From a virus (lineage: Duplodnaviria > Caudoviricetes): a stretch of 64,000 nucleotides of DNA. Every line of letters starts with the position of its first letter. The first letter of the stretch is position 1. The stretch is from IMG/VR virus record IMGVR_UViG_3300029305_005387; one strand, written 5' to 3'. Made by a program: the position numbers and the translations under genes. Below the pieces are notes generated by a model. It was not told where the DNA came from, did not search any database, and was given only the letters and a program-made list of their open reading frames with translations. Positions 20,375-30,753 of the stretch are shown here, one piece after another.

Positions 20375-23323
20375 ATGAGCCAATTGCGGGAAAAGAAAAT
20401 TAACTACATGCGTACTTGGATTGATCCAAACAATCCAACCGTAATTCCCAATCTTGACTATGATATTATATATCCAATAACAGTCTATGAAGCGATTTAC
20501 AGAACTATGGATGAGGGTTCTACAACTTTAGATGCAGAACTTGAAAGTATATATCGTCTAATCGCAGATAAACAGGATGCCATCCAAGGTGGTGTTCCTG
20601 GAAAATTAATGACTTGGACTAATATCAAGGGTCAAATTGGAGAAACAGAAATCGTCAGATCAATAGGTGATGAACAAAGTTCTAGATCTCATACAAAAGT
20701 CCCTTCTGAGAAAGCAGTTGGCCAGGCACTAGACCTCAAAGCTAATGCTTCTTCATTTAATGAACATAATTGGGACAAAGAACGACATATTCTTGAGTCA
20801 GAACGTGAACGTTGGAATGAAATGACTCCAAAAGAATCATTCAGAGATCATTCAGAAAACGAAGAAATTCATATCACTGAATCTGAACGTAAAGCGTGGA
20901 ATAATAAAGCAGATCAAGAAAAATTTAATTCTCATCTTGCTAATGCTAATAATCCACATAATGTAACAGCACATCAGGTCAATGCATATACAAGAGAAGA
21001 AGTTGACATGATGTTCGAAAGTATCAGAGAATCATTTTTCAATTACAGAAATATTGAATATGATGATAGAACTGATATTGCTAAACTGGTAGAATATGAA
21101 TCTACTAACTGGAATCCAAATTATATTTTAGCATATGCGGATTCTCTACCAGAAGTAACTGATCAATCACTGACTTATTTTGCATTGAAACCAGTTACTG
21201 ATTATGCAACTAATGAAAGTCAGGAATGTATTATCTATATTAAGAAACCAGGTTTAGTTTGGAAAGAAGTTGGTTTACAGACAATGAATCCCGGTGATAT
21301 GGTAATCAGATATCCTGATACGACTATGTGTGTTTGGGTACAAGGAAGATTCATTAGTTTGTTTACTGGTAGTACAGCTGCTGGTGAAAATACAGGAAGT
21401 GTAACATCATCTGGATGGGTATGGAGACCTGTTATTACAGAAGATGGATTATTAGCATGGACTAAATCTTCTGAAGTAAACCCTCCAGATCCAATCACAA
21501 TTAAAGGTGCACCTGGATATACTCCTATTAAAGGTGTCGATTATTATGATGGAGCTCCAGGTATTGGTGTTCCAGCTGGAGGTAGACTCGGTGATATCAT
21601 AGTTAAAACAACTGGAGAAGACTATGACACAAAATGGATTTCATTTTCTGATTTCTTAAATGATTACTTTGAATCTGATGAAGTTCCAAATGGATTCTTT
21701 AAATGGGATAATATTGTAGGAAAACCTGAAATTCATAATTCTACTGGAGAAGATGAAAATGGTTTAATGAGTCAGAAATCTATTACTGATGAATTTACTT
21801 CATTAAACAAAAAGATTACTGATTTGATTAATCAATTGGGATCTTCTGGAACTGGTGGAATTAGTGAAGCGTTGAAGAATCATATGACGGATTATAATAA
21901 TCCTCACAGAGTAACTCCTGAAAGTATAGGAGCTGTTTCTAATTCTACATTTATTACACATACATTGGATCAGAAAAATCCTCACAATATTACTGCGAAA
22001 GAAATTGGGCTTGATAATGTTAATAATACCTCAGATATTGATAAGCCTGTATCAAAAGCAACACAACAGGCATTAAATTCAATATTAGAAAAAATTAATA
22101 TTATTAATGGCATCATAGATAGTGGTAGTTTAATTACCAATGTAATTTGGAATAATACTTCATGTAAATTAACATTTACATTCAGAGACGGATCTGAAAT
22201 GGACGTAGTAATTCCAATTATTGAGATTTTCAATACTATCTACTATGATGAGAATAATAAAGAATTAGTTATTATTTTACCTGATGGAAGTGAAAAAAGA
22301 ATTAACATTAAATCTTTAATTACTTCCTATATTGGTGAGGAAAGTCTGAATATCAAAGTAGAAGTAAAAAATGGTAAAATCAATGCAACCTTGTTACCAG
22401 ATTCTATTACAGGTGATGAATTAGTTGCTTCTATTAACTTACGTGAGTCTCCGACAACTACTACACAACTTCCTGAAGACTCAAGTAATAAGATTGCAAC
22501 TACAAGATTTGTGAAGAATGTCGTTAAGAATGATTTGATATCTTATGATATAGATAGACCTCTATCTGCAAACATGGGTCGAATCTTAAATCAGAATAAG
22601 GTGGATATTGAAACTGTTTTACAGATTATTGCTGATACACCTTTGATGAATGTAGTTGATACTTTATCAAGTACTGATTCAGAAGCAGCTTTATCTGCAA
22701 ACATGGGTCATGAGTTATTCTTAACTAAAGCTCCATTAGTTCATACTTCTCCTTCAGGGTCAACATTTGGACGTGCAACTGTAAGTTTGTTTGGTCATGC
22801 CAGAGCAAGCGATCTTGACCCATTAATGGATGGATTAGCATTTGTTGGTACAGATGATGGTTATTATGCTAGAGCAGATCATCGACATCCTACAGATGTT
22901 TCTCGTGCACCGATGCATTGGCCTGATAAAACTAATGGTCTTTATAAATTTACAGGTGAACCAAGAGCTGCAACTCCTCCAGTAGATTCTAATGATGATC
23001 GTATTGCTACAACAGAATGGGTTCGTATGCATGGAGGACAATCCGATGTATTTACAGCATTAACTTCAGAAATCATATTTAATGCTGCAGAGAATGCATA
23101 TAATTCAGTAATCTCAGCTTCAGAAGCTCCTATTTCATTTAATATTGAAGATAAGAATCTTGTAGCTGAATATGATGAAACTAAACATTCTGAACCAAAT
23201 CTTAGTATTGATGATAATGGCGATTTGATTTTGAATTCATCAGATACTGTAATTGATCAATACTTGGAAGGAACTTCATTTGATGTAGTTAATGATAATC
23301 TAATTATAACCGAGGAGGGATAA
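20375..23323 (+). CDS. Tail fibre-like protein
   Basis: Repeats HxxExERxxWN x2, NPHxVT/IT x3, GLDNVNNTSDIDKPVS, LSANMG x2, IATT x2; short collagen-like GxPG. Confidence 0.75.
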   Translation: MSQLREKKINYMRTWIDPNNPTVIPNLDYDIIYPITVYEAIYRTMDEGSTTLDAELESIYRLIADKQDAIQGGVPGKLMTWTNIKGQIGETEIVRSIGDEQSSRSHTKVPSEKAVGQALDLKANASSFNEHNWDKERHILESERERWNEMTPKESFRDHSENEEIHITESERKAWNNKADQEKFNSHLANANNPHNVTAHQVNAYTREEVDMMFESIRESFFNYRNIEYDDRTDIAKLVEYESTNWNPNYILAYADSLPEVTDQSLTYFALKPVTDYATNESQECIIYIKKPGLVWKEVGLQTMNPGDMVIRYPDTTMCVWVQGRFISLFTGSTAAGENTGSVTSSGWVWRPVITEDGLLAWTKSSEVNPPDPITIKGAPGYTPIKGVDYYDGAPGIGVPAGGRLGDIIVKTTGEDYDTKWISFSDFLNDYFESDEVPNGFFKWDNIVGKPEIHNSTGEDENGLMSQKSITDEFTSLNKKITDLINQLGSSGTGGISEALKNHMTDYNNPHRVTPESIGAVSNSTFITHTLDQKNPHNITAKEIGLDNVNNTSDIDKPVSKATQQALNSILEKINIINGIIDSGSLITNVIWNNTSCKLTFTFRDGSEMDVVIPIIEIFNTIYYDENNKELVIILPDGSEKRINIKSLITSYIGEESLNIKVEVKNGKINATLLPDSITGDELVASINLRESPTTTTQLPEDSSNKIATTRFVKNVVKNDLISYDIDRPLSANMGRILNQNKVDIETVLQIIADTPLMNVVDTLSSTDSEAALSANMGHELFLTKAPLVHTSPSGSTFGRATVSLFGHARASDLDPLMDGLAFVGTDDGYYARADHRHPTDVSRAPMHWPDKTNGLYKFTGEPRAATPPVDSNDDRIATTEWVRMHGGQSDVFTALTSEIIFNAAENAYNSVISASEAPISFNIEDKNLVAEYDETKHSEPNLSIDDNGDLILNSSDTVIDQYLEGTSFDVVNDNLIITEEG

Positions 23324-23329
23324 GTTTAA

Positions 23330-23854
23330 ATGAATAAGACTCTTATACGTTCATATGTGAAAATGATTAAACATGGGATATGTTCAGTTAAACAGATTCC
23401 TGAAAAGTATCAAGAAGCTGTTAATGAAGAAATTATTAATCCTTCTTCAGTAGATGAAGTTGTTGAAGAAAATAAGAATTTTGAAAATAAGATTCATGGT
23501 GCTTTGTATATTCCTGAAATTAAAAATTGCAAAGTTGATACAACTATATTAGAATATGATCATGAGTATGATATAATCTTCAAAACAAACGATATTTTTA
23601 CTCCAGAAATCATGTCTAATAATCCACCAATACAAGATATTGAATATTCAATTATTAGAATTGAGAACCTATGTGGAACAAATGGTTACGATTTAGATAT
23701 TAATTTATTCAATGATGAAGATGGTTTTACTATTAGTCTTGATGGAAGAATTCATGAATTTACAGGAAATACAAATTTACTTCGTATCGATATAGGTGTA
23801 AAAAGTTCAAACTATGAAGATATGAGATTTATGATATTTTTCACAGCAATGTAA
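23330..23854 (+). CDS. Hypothetical protein, N-terminus CD1375-like (tail-fibre associated)
   Basis: SYVKMIKHGICSVKQIPEKYQEAV; follows the fibre gene. Confidence 0.45.
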   Translation: MNKTLIRSYVKMIKHGICSVKQIPEKYQEAVNEEIINPSSVDEVVEENKNFENKIHGALYIPEIKNCKVDTTILEYDHEYDIIFKTNDIFTPEIMSNNPPIQDIEYSIIRIENLCGTNGYDLDINLFNDEDGFTISLDGRIHEFTGNTNLLRIDIGVKSSNYEDMRFMIFFTAM

Positions 23855-23889
23855 AACATGGAGAGGGGTTTGAAACCCCTCTCCATGTT
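23855..23889. terminator. Palindrome (1-nt centre), bidirectional terminator-like
   Basis: aacatggagaggggttt-g-aaacccctctccatgtt. Confidence 0.8.
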
Positions 23890-23891
23890 GT

Positions 23892-25754
23892 TTATACATA
23901 TACTTCCATTGAATCCTGGTGACTTTCTGTTACATCACTATCAATAAATACACACTGATTTCCAGAAATAAGGATCTTAATAAGTTCAGAAGCAGCTGAA
24001 ATTACCATTGTATCTGTTTCTGCAGAAGTAATGATTTTTGGATTGAATGTAAGTGTTTCCAAATCAAATACTTCATTACGTTCAATAGATTCTTTAATAA
24101 TATTTTCAGCTTTCTTACGAGCTTCTTCCTGTAATGCTTTTACTCCATCTTCAGTTGTGAATTCCCAACGAGGTAATGTTTTAATAATACCAACGTAATC
24201 AGGACCATGAAGTACTCGTGAATAGACATCCATTACACTAACAGCAATTAGTTCAGAAACTGCTACTTTCAATTTATTGTACTGAATTTCTTCTTCACTT
24301 TCAGTTTTATTGTTAATTTCAGATGTAATTTCCCGACAAGCTTTAATGATGGATAACTGGCATCCAGGAACGACACCGTGTTTTGTTGCAGATCTTAAAC
24401 ATTTGATAACATCTTCGATAGTACCCTGAAGAATCTGCTTTTGAAGTTCACTATCAGCTCCTACGTAGTAAATGAAATTCTTCATTTCAAGCTGGAGAAT
24501 TCTAGAACGAGCTTCATATACTTTAGATGCAAAAGACTGTTTCTCATAATCAATATGAACTAAAACATCTTCAAGTTCTTTCTGAGCACGTTCCATTGCT
24601 TGCTGATAATATTCATCTTCCTCAATATTCTTCACATCAAAGATGCATCCATTTTTACAAGAAATCAAAACAGAATCAGCTGTACCAATACAACGATGGA
24701 ACATATACTGAGGATTTTCTTCAATTTTTTCTACCATTGTATCAACATTAGACTTTTCAATTTCTTCAATCATTCCTTTTGCTAGTTCCTGTGTAATTGT
24801 TTTAGAACGAAGAATAATAGCAAGGTCTTCTCTCTGATATGGTGTTAACTTACCAGTATTATACTGTGTAAGAACAAGGTTAAGCTCACGATACTTGTTA
24901 TATTCATAATTCACATACTGAGGAAGTACTGTTTCGCACATATACTTATCATATGCAGGAGCAATTACGATAAGTTTCTTTTTCTTTGCTCTCATGACTT
25001 CATTTAAGTGAACGATCAAATTATTAAATGTATCAGTTTCAATGGTATGGTCAAAGATAATTGTAGCTACATCTGTTTCTGTTGCAGTAAGATCTTGATT
25101 ACGTACGTAACAATTATCAATTGCATTAGTAGGGAATTCAAAACCATTCACTGGACTGATGTAAGATTTATTGCTTGGAGAATCTTTCATTTTAATAGCA
25201 GGAGACTTAGCGGTTCTGTAGGTATCTGCAATTGCAGAAGAAATCTCTTTATTACCATTAGAGACAACATATGCAATGTTATAAATGGTATCATAATCTT
25301 CTGGGTCAATCGGAGTACTCATACCTTTTACTCTTTCAATAATTTCATCGATTACTTCTTCCCAAGCCTTAGTGAAATGACGAGGGAGACGATACAAAGA
25401 ATCAAAGTAACCACGCTGCTGCTGATAACGATTATACATTGCATTCGTTAATGTGATTGCAGTTGTAGTACCATCACCAACTGTATTGTTCATCTTTGTA
25501 CAAGGTGCTTTAATGAGATTATATATCATCTTCTTATAGCGGTTATTAAAGGTATAATTCTTTAAAATAGAATAACCGTCTTTAGTAGCTTCGATTAATG
25601 CACCATTAAAAATAGTTGCAGAAGATCCTAAAGGACCAAGAGAACGACTTAAGTTCTCAGCAATAACTTGAAATACTTCTCTAGTAAGATTTTCGAAATC
25701 TTCTTGAGGGATAATGTTTAAATTGGTTTTGTTAAAATATTCCATGCAGTTCAT
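23892..25754 (-). CDS. groEL: Phage GroEL-like chaperonin
   Basis: SLGPLG; TKDGYSILK; VGDGTTTA; IEDVIK...GVVPG. Confidence 0.88.
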   Translation of the reverse strand: MNCMEYFNKTNLNIIPQEDFENLTREVFQVIAENLSRSLGPLGSSATIFNGALIEATKDGYSILKNYTFNNRYKKMIYNLIKAPCTKMNNTVGDGTTTAITLTNAMYNRYQQQRGYFDSLYRLPRHFTKAWEEVIDEIIERVKGMSTPIDPEDYDTIYNIAYVVSNGNKEISSAIADTYRTAKSPAIKMKDSPSNKSYISPVNGFEFPTNAIDNCYVRNQDLTATETDVATIIFDHTIETDTFNNLIVHLNEVMRAKKKKLIVIAPAYDKYMCETVLPQYVNYEYNKYRELNLVLTQYNTGKLTPYQREDLAIILRSKTITQELAKGMIEEIEKSNVDTMVEKIEENPQYMFHRCIGTADSVLISCKNGCIFDVKNIEEDEYYQQAMERAQKELEDVLVHIDYEKQSFASKVYEARSRILQLEMKNFIYYVGADSELQKQILQGTIEDVIKCLRSATKHGVVPGCQLSIIKACREITSEINNKTESEEEIQYNKLKVAVSELIAVSVMDVYSRVLHGPDYVGIIKTLPRWEFTTEDGVKALQEEARKKAENIIKESIERNEVFDLETLTFNPKIITSAETDTMVISAASELIKILISGNQCVFIDSDVTESHQDSMEVYV

Positions 25755-25868
25755 AATATTTAACTCCTTTCAATATTCGAATTTAATTTATTATGTCTAT
25801 GGATTAATTAATAAAATAATTTACAAGTTGAGAACATCAAGACTAAAACAAAAGGAGGTGTATCAGAA

Positions 25869-26480
25869 TTGGCTGAAAAGAAGAAGAGAAGAGAAGATAT
25901 AATGTATGACCAACAGTTTGGAATGATACCAAATGATCAATTAGGTCGTATTGCATACATTCTCGGAAATAAAATTAATAGTAAGAAATATAATGATTCA
26001 ATCAATGCTGAAGCAAAAAAGATAAAGAAAATTAAATATAAGAAATTTACATTTATAATGTGGAAGATTGTTAAACCATCAGCTCGTCCAAGAGCGAATA
26101 CACGCATGGGATATGTAAATATGTATGTACCTCATGCAAAAGAAAATGGAGACTGGTTTGAAGATTTTGCTAAAGAAAATAACTTACCTTACGTAGATAC
26201 TCCATGCAAAGTAAATATTAAAGTGTATGAAAAGACACCATCATCATTTAGTATGAGGCATAAAGTACTTGCAGAGTTAGGTTTATTAAGACCTTGGAAG
26301 CGTACAGGAGACGTTGATAACTATGCTAAAGGTGTATTAGATGCAATACAACACGGTATGTTGAAAGATGACTGTTTAGTTATTGAATCCACACAAGAAT
26401 TATTTTATTCAATTAAACCTCATGCAGAAATTGAAATTATCTATATGGAAAAACATCCTGAAGAAGTTTTAGGTAAATAA
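25869..26480 (+). CDS. rusA: RusA-family Holliday junction resolvase
   Basis: PSARPR; GDVDNYAKGVLDAI...KDDCLV. Confidence 0.85.
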   Translation: MAEKKKRREDIMYDQQFGMIPNDQLGRIAYILGNKINSKKYNDSINAEAKKIKKIKYKKFTFIMWKIVKPSARPRANTRMGYVNMYVPHAKENGDWFEDFAKENNLPYVDTPCKVNIKVYEKTPSSFSMRHKVLAELGLLRPWKRTGDVDNYAKGVLDAIQHGMLKDDCLVIESTQELFYSIKPHAEIEIIYMEKHPEEVLGK

Positions 26481-26496
26481 AGGTAGGTGATGAATT

Positions 26497-27117
26497 ATGA
26501 TGGGTAAAGACATAGAAGCAATTGTTAGTGGTATAGATGCTGTTAAGAAAGCCACCGTATCAGCTATACAACAAGTTGCAACTGGTTCTGCATATCAATT
26601 AAAATGTAAAGAACAACATGGTGGTATTAGTACTGGAGAATGTTTACCAAAAGAAGAACCAGTTCCACTAGGTGATATTGTTGCTCCTATAAGTGCTGCT
26701 TTAGGAGCAATGTCTGGATCATGTGGAAAAATGAAATCTATGGGTTCATCATTATATACTGGAGCATCTAGTTTCAATAATAGTATTGGAAGTCCATGGA
26801 GCGAAATCGCTGATATTGAAGAAGCTGTTGGTAAATTAGAATCATATTCAGGTTCCGCTTCTCCACTAAATTATGTAGGAGATAAAGCAGGTATGTTAGG
26901 AATGCTAAATATGATTCTATCATTATGTGTAGATACTAAATGGGCAATAATTACATATCATGATTTTGTCCAAAGAGGTTTCGATTCGATGTTCAATGGA
27001 AACACTGCATCTGTAACATATACTTCTGGATTAAATGGAAAACAAAGTATTGGTAACATTGATCAGCAATTTGATGAAAACGTTCATATTCCTCAACCAA
27101 GTATAGATCCATATTAA
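26497..27117 (+). CDS. Hypothetical protein
   Basis: 206-aa ORF with RBS aggtga. Confidence 0.55.
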   Translation: MMGKDIEAIVSGIDAVKKATVSAIQQVATGSAYQLKCKEQHGGISTGECLPKEEPVPLGDIVAPISAALGAMSGSCGKMKSMGSSLYTGASSFNNSIGSPWSEIADIEEAVGKLESYSGSASPLNYVGDKAGMLGMLNMILSLCVDTKWAIITYHDFVQRGFDSMFNGNTASVTYTSGLNGKQSIGNIDQQFDENVHIPQPSIDPY

Positions 27118-27130
27118 GGAGGTAAAAATA

Positions 27131-27382
27131 ATGGAACTCAGTTTAGCTTTAGCAGATCTAATCACATTTATTCAGTCAAACTTTTGGTATTTGCTGTGTA
27201 TATTTGTATTATTAAAATACAGAACACCTTGGGGAATATTGTTACTATTCTCACATGTAATTTTAGGATTCAAGATCTGGGTTTATATTCCAATTATGAT
27301 TATTGCCCTAATAGATTATACAAGTGATCCTAGATATATCAATAAAGAAATTATTAAAGATAATGAAAAAGAAAAAGAATAA
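27131..27382 (+). CDS. Small membrane protein
   Basis: Two to three hydrophobic segments; charged C-terminus; RBS aaggagg. Confidence 0.55.
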   Translation: MELSLALADLITFIQSNFWYLLCIFVLLKYRTPWGILLLFSHVILGFKIWVYIPIMIIALIDYTSDPRYINKEIIKDNEKEKE

Positions 27383-27384
27383 CT

Positions 27385-27413
27385 ATAAGAGGATCCGTAA
27401 TGGATCCTCTTAT
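27385..27413. terminator. Bidirectional terminator
   Basis: ataagaggatcc-gtaat-ggatcctcttat. Confidence 0.75.
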
Positions 27414-27416
27414 TTT

Positions 27417-28559
27417 TTATAAAGTTAATGGTTCATTGATATATTTAGTAAGTTCTTCTAATGAGATTACATCTTCATATTGTTTATTGATAAATTGATA
27501 AATCTTATCAGTAATTTTTAAAGAGTTATCAAGAATGAATTCATACTCATCTGAAACTTCTTCTTTAGTTTCTTCAATAATAGATGTATTTACTTCTTGA
27601 ATCATTACTTTTATTATTTTATCATTGAATAAAATATCCTTGATATTCTCTTTAAACTGTTGAACATTATCCTCAGATGGTTGAAATATCAATCTTATTT
27701 TTCCAACTTTTTCACCACTAAATACATCACTATTTTCAGATTTAATTTTTTCAATTTCTCTAATTAATTCATCAACATCTTCATATATTTCAGATTCAGG
27801 TTCGAATTTATATGTTTTATATACATAAGCTTCTGTGTTTTCAACAAATGTAAATTTACCATTTTCAATTATACCATAACCTTTTGGAGTTTCTTCACCA
27901 AATGAATCTCTGAATAATGATCCTAAATAAAATACATTGTTACTCATTTCAACATATTGATGATAATGTCCAAATACAGTTAGGTCTGATATTTCTGAAA
28001 ATTCACCAGCTTTAAAATGTGGAACTTGTTTTTCTGTATTATTTGAAGATCTTCCATATGATACAGCTGCAGGCATCCCTTCTTCAATTACACCATGCCC
28101 AAAGATATAATTATATTTTTTATTAGAATATAGAGATTCTTTGTAAAAATCATGTTTATTGAAAATATACTCCTCAGGAACATACAAAATCGTTGTATCT
28201 TTATTGATTCTTTCTTCAGTTACAGTCGTAAATAATTTCACGTCAACTTTAGAAGATGTAAAATGATAATTAAATAAACGATACTGTTCCATTTCATGAC
28301 CAGCTGTTCCATAAACTATTCTGATTTTTGTTTTATTTTTTACACATGCTCTGATAAGATATGTCATGACATTAATAGCCAATGAAACATATTCTTCATT
28401 AACTCTGAATAGTTTATCAAAGTAATCACCTAGAATTACAACTACATCCGTTTTGGTAAAGATAACTTCTTTTTCAATAATGTCTGTCAATACTTTATAA
28501 CAATAAGCAGTATCTTTTATACTACCTATATGTATATCTGCCAATAATAAGATTCTCAT
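27417..28559 (-). CDS. sbcD: SbcD/Mre11-like (T4 gp47-like) recombination nuclease subunit
   Basis: LADIHIG; LGDYFD; GTAGHE; FGHG; FGHYH; YLGS..RDSFGE..PKGY. Confidence 0.8.
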   Translation of the reverse strand: MRILLLADIHIGSIKDTAYCYKVLTDIIEKEVIFTKTDVVVILGDYFDKLFRVNEEYVSLAINVMTYLIRACVKNKTKIRIVYGTAGHEMEQYRLFNYHFTSSKVDVKLFTTVTEERINKDTTILYVPEEYIFNKHDFYKESLYSNKKYNYIFGHGVIEEGMPAAVSYGRSSNNTEKQVPHFKAGEFSEISDLTVFGHYHQYVEMSNNVFYLGSLFRDSFGEETPKGYGIIENGKFTFVENTEAYVYKTYKFEPESEIYEDVDELIREIEKIKSENSDVFSGEKVGKIRLIFQPSEDNVQQFKENIKDILFNDKIIKVMIQEVNTSIIEETKEEVSDEYEFILDNSLKITDKIYQFINKQYEDVISLEELTKYINEPLTL

Positions 28560-28597
28560 TATAATACACCTCTTTCATTTTTTTATTCATCTCTTTA

Positions 28598-28609
28598 ATA
28601 ATATATTAT
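28598..28609. promoter_or_regulatory. Overlapping divergent TATATTAT motifs (palindrome ataatatattat)
   Basis: Lies between divergent sbcD (-) and ORF 28682 (+). Confidence 0.55.
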
Positions 28610-28681
28610 CAAGAGAATGATAATTTAATAAGTATCATTAAAACGTAATGTAATAAATTTAACACAAGGAGGACTCGTAAT

Positions 28682-29449
28682 ATGAGAACACAACAAAATA
28701 TGATGAAAGATTTAAATGAACAAAATTACATCAAGACTAATAATGTCATTATTATGCTTAATTCATCAAGTGATGTTATTAGATATATGAATGATAACGA
28801 TATCATCCGATCTAGTTATAAAGTACATATCTTCGTTACAGATTTTAGAATCTTTAATGAAGAATTTGTAAAAGAGTTTGATCAGTTGACAGATTTCGCC
28901 AAGTATTATATCCATATTCCTAAGAAGTTGAAAGATATTAAACCAATTGCAGAAAAGTATATCAGCGAATTATTGAAACACAAGGAAATTAAGATCCTAC
29001 TGGAAAAGGTTGGACCCATTTTTAGAACTTCTTCTATGCGATATGGATATTACCCGATCTGTGTAACGTATCATGATGAGTATTTAGAAATTTATTTACA
29101 ATTAAAATCATCTGGATTTAACAGCACATATTTTGGTATTGGATCTGTAGCAGAAGGTGCGTTTAGAAATGGTCCACAGATGGCGTATCCAGAAATCTTT
29201 AAACAAAATATCATCAATAACTTTAAATCTGTAACACCTCTCGGTATTCTTAAAACATTCAAAAATGAAGAAGATATTTGGGATTACATTAATCACAAAG
29301 GTGAATGGGCAATATCAGAAAATAAAAAAGATATCAACGCTGGAAAAGTTAATTTAAATATTCCTGCAGGAAAGACAGCTCAGGATGTAAAAGAGTCCTT
29401 GATGAATTCATTAAAAGAAAATGGTTTTGATGTTAAGGAGGTTAAATAA
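28682..29449 (+). CDS. Hypothetical protein
   Basis: 255-aa ORF; RBS aaggagg. Confidence 0.6.
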   Translation: MRTQQNMMKDLNEQNYIKTNNVIIMLNSSSDVIRYMNDNDIIRSSYKVHIFVTDFRIFNEEFVKEFDQLTDFAKYYIHIPKKLKDIKPIAEKYISELLKHKEIKILLEKVGPIFRTSSMRYGYYPICVTYHDEYLEIYLQLKSSGFNSTYFGIGSVAEGAFRNGPQMAYPEIFKQNIINNFKSVTPLGILKTFKNEEDIWDYINHKGEWAISENKKDINAGKVNLNIPAGKTAQDVKESLMNSLKENGFDVKEVK

Positions 29450-29450
29450 T

Positions 29451-30101
29451 ATGGGATTAATAAAATCGCTTTCAGAATTATTTAGACCAGTATTGAGTGA
29501 TAGAACTATTCTGAAATATAATAAGAAAGGTTTATTGATTGAAGGAGAATTAAAAGAATCTCAAATTCAACCAAATAGTATTGATCTTACACTGGGAGAT
29601 ACATGGAAAACATTGAAGCCTAATTGGTCATATGATAATAAAGATATTATCAATCCAAAGAAAGAAGTTCTTTATAAAGAAGGAACTTTTATGAAACGTA
29701 AAATTGAACTTCCAGAAGATGATAATGATATCGTAATTCCTGAACAGTGTTATATTTTGAAACCTAAACAGTTCTGTTTAATGGCTTCTAAAGAAGTTTT
29801 GAACATCCCGAATGGAGTGATTGCATTTGTTCAGGGAAGATCTTCGATTGCTCGTCTAGCGGTACAAACAGAACAGGCTGGATTGATCGATGCTGGTTTT
29901 AGAGGTACAATTACATTCGAAGTATTTAACCAATCGGATTATCCAATTATATTATATCCAGGAATGAGAATTGCTCAAGTATATTTCTTCAAAGCTCAGT
30001 ATGCTGATAAATTATATGGATCTGAAAAGGGTTCTAAATATAATGGACAAATTGAAGCTACTGGCAGCAAAGTATATCTAGATCCTGAATTAAATAAATA
30101 A
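29451..30101 (+). CDS. dcd: dCTP deaminase
   Basis: QIQPNSIDLTLG; GRSSIARL; AGLIDAGFRGTITFE; LYPGMRIAQ; KYNGQ; start reassigned to ATG 29451 after aaggagg. Confidence 0.9.
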   Translation: MGLIKSLSELFRPVLSDRTILKYNKKGLLIEGELKESQIQPNSIDLTLGDTWKTLKPNWSYDNKDIINPKKEVLYKEGTFMKRKIELPEDDNDIVIPEQCYILKPKQFCLMASKEVLNIPNGVIAFVQGRSSIARLAVQTEQAGLIDAGFRGTITFEVFNQSDYPIILYPGMRIAQVYFFKAQYADKLYGSEKGSKYNGQIEATGSKVYLDPELNK

Positions 30102-30106
30102 TTCAT

Positions 30107-30138
30107 ATGGAAGAGGTGGATAATTCCACCTCTTCCAT
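30107..30138 (+). terminator. Terminator
   Basis: atggaagaggtgga-taat-tccacctcttccat followed by T-rich tract. Confidence 0.75.
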
Positions 30139-30199
30139 TTTATTTCTGTTTCATGATAAACTTGTTTTCTAACGAATTGAATTTATATATTCTCGATTT

Positions 30200-30466
30200 A
30201 TGAACGAAAGAAAGGAGATGATGTTTTTTATGAATGCTAAACACACAAAGATCACTAGAGAAGTCATCGCTGAACCAAGATGGAAATGGTTCACACCTCC
30301 GTTATGGTGGTGCTTTAGATGGGCTTATAAAATTTCCAAAACCGAAACTTTGGAAAACGATAAAGTGATCAATATCAGACAATATCAACGAGGAGGAAAT
30401 AATTCTACACAAGTTCAAATTGGTATTGTTCATGAATATAATACGAATGGCATGGAGGACTTATAA
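30200..30466 (+). CDS. Small Trp-rich protein (paralog A)
   Basis: PRWKWFTPPLWWCFRWAYK; true start may be a few codons downstream (after aaggag). Confidence 0.55.
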   Translation: MNERKEMMFFMNAKHTKITREVIAEPRWKWFTPPLWWCFRWAYKISKTETLENDKVINIRQYQRGGNNSTQVQIGIVHEYNTNGMEDL

Positions 30467-30753
30467 TGAATGAAAATAAATATACAATGGATATTCTTTA
30501 TGTGGTCGTTAGTCCTAGATGGAAGTGGTTTCAACCGCCTCTGTGGAAATGTTTTATGTGGGCATATAAGAAAGAGAAGGAACTATTATTGAAGAATTGT
30601 TATCCTAAATCGATGAATACTAACGTAGATGAATCTTCAGTAAACATTGAATTTCAGTCATTTCCATATGAAAATGAAAAAATTAATGATATGACAAATG
30701 AAATACTAAAACGTTTTGGGTTAGAAAAAGATAAAAAGGAGGACGATGAATAA
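30466..30753 (+). CDS. Small Trp-rich protein (paralog B)
   Basis: PRWKWFQPPLWKCFMWAYK; TAATG coupling on both sides. Confidence 0.6.
   Translation: MNENKYTMDILYVVVSPRWKWFQPPLWKCFMWAYKKEKELLLKNCYPKSMNTNVDESSVNIEFQSFPYENEKINDMTNEILKRFGLEKDKKEDDE

Noticed and set aside
20375-23323. Internal repeats in the fibre gene as a diversity-generating or invertible system
   Set aside because: Repeats are degenerate protein-level fibre motifs; no reverse transcriptase, invertase or template/variable repeat pair seen
27131-27382. Holin assignment
   Set aside because: Only hydrophobicity supports it, and it is about 20 kb from the endolysin
29451-30101. dCTP deaminase as evidence of a uracil-DNA genome
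   Set aside because: ThyX and Tmk in the same window point to dUMP being channelled to dTTP
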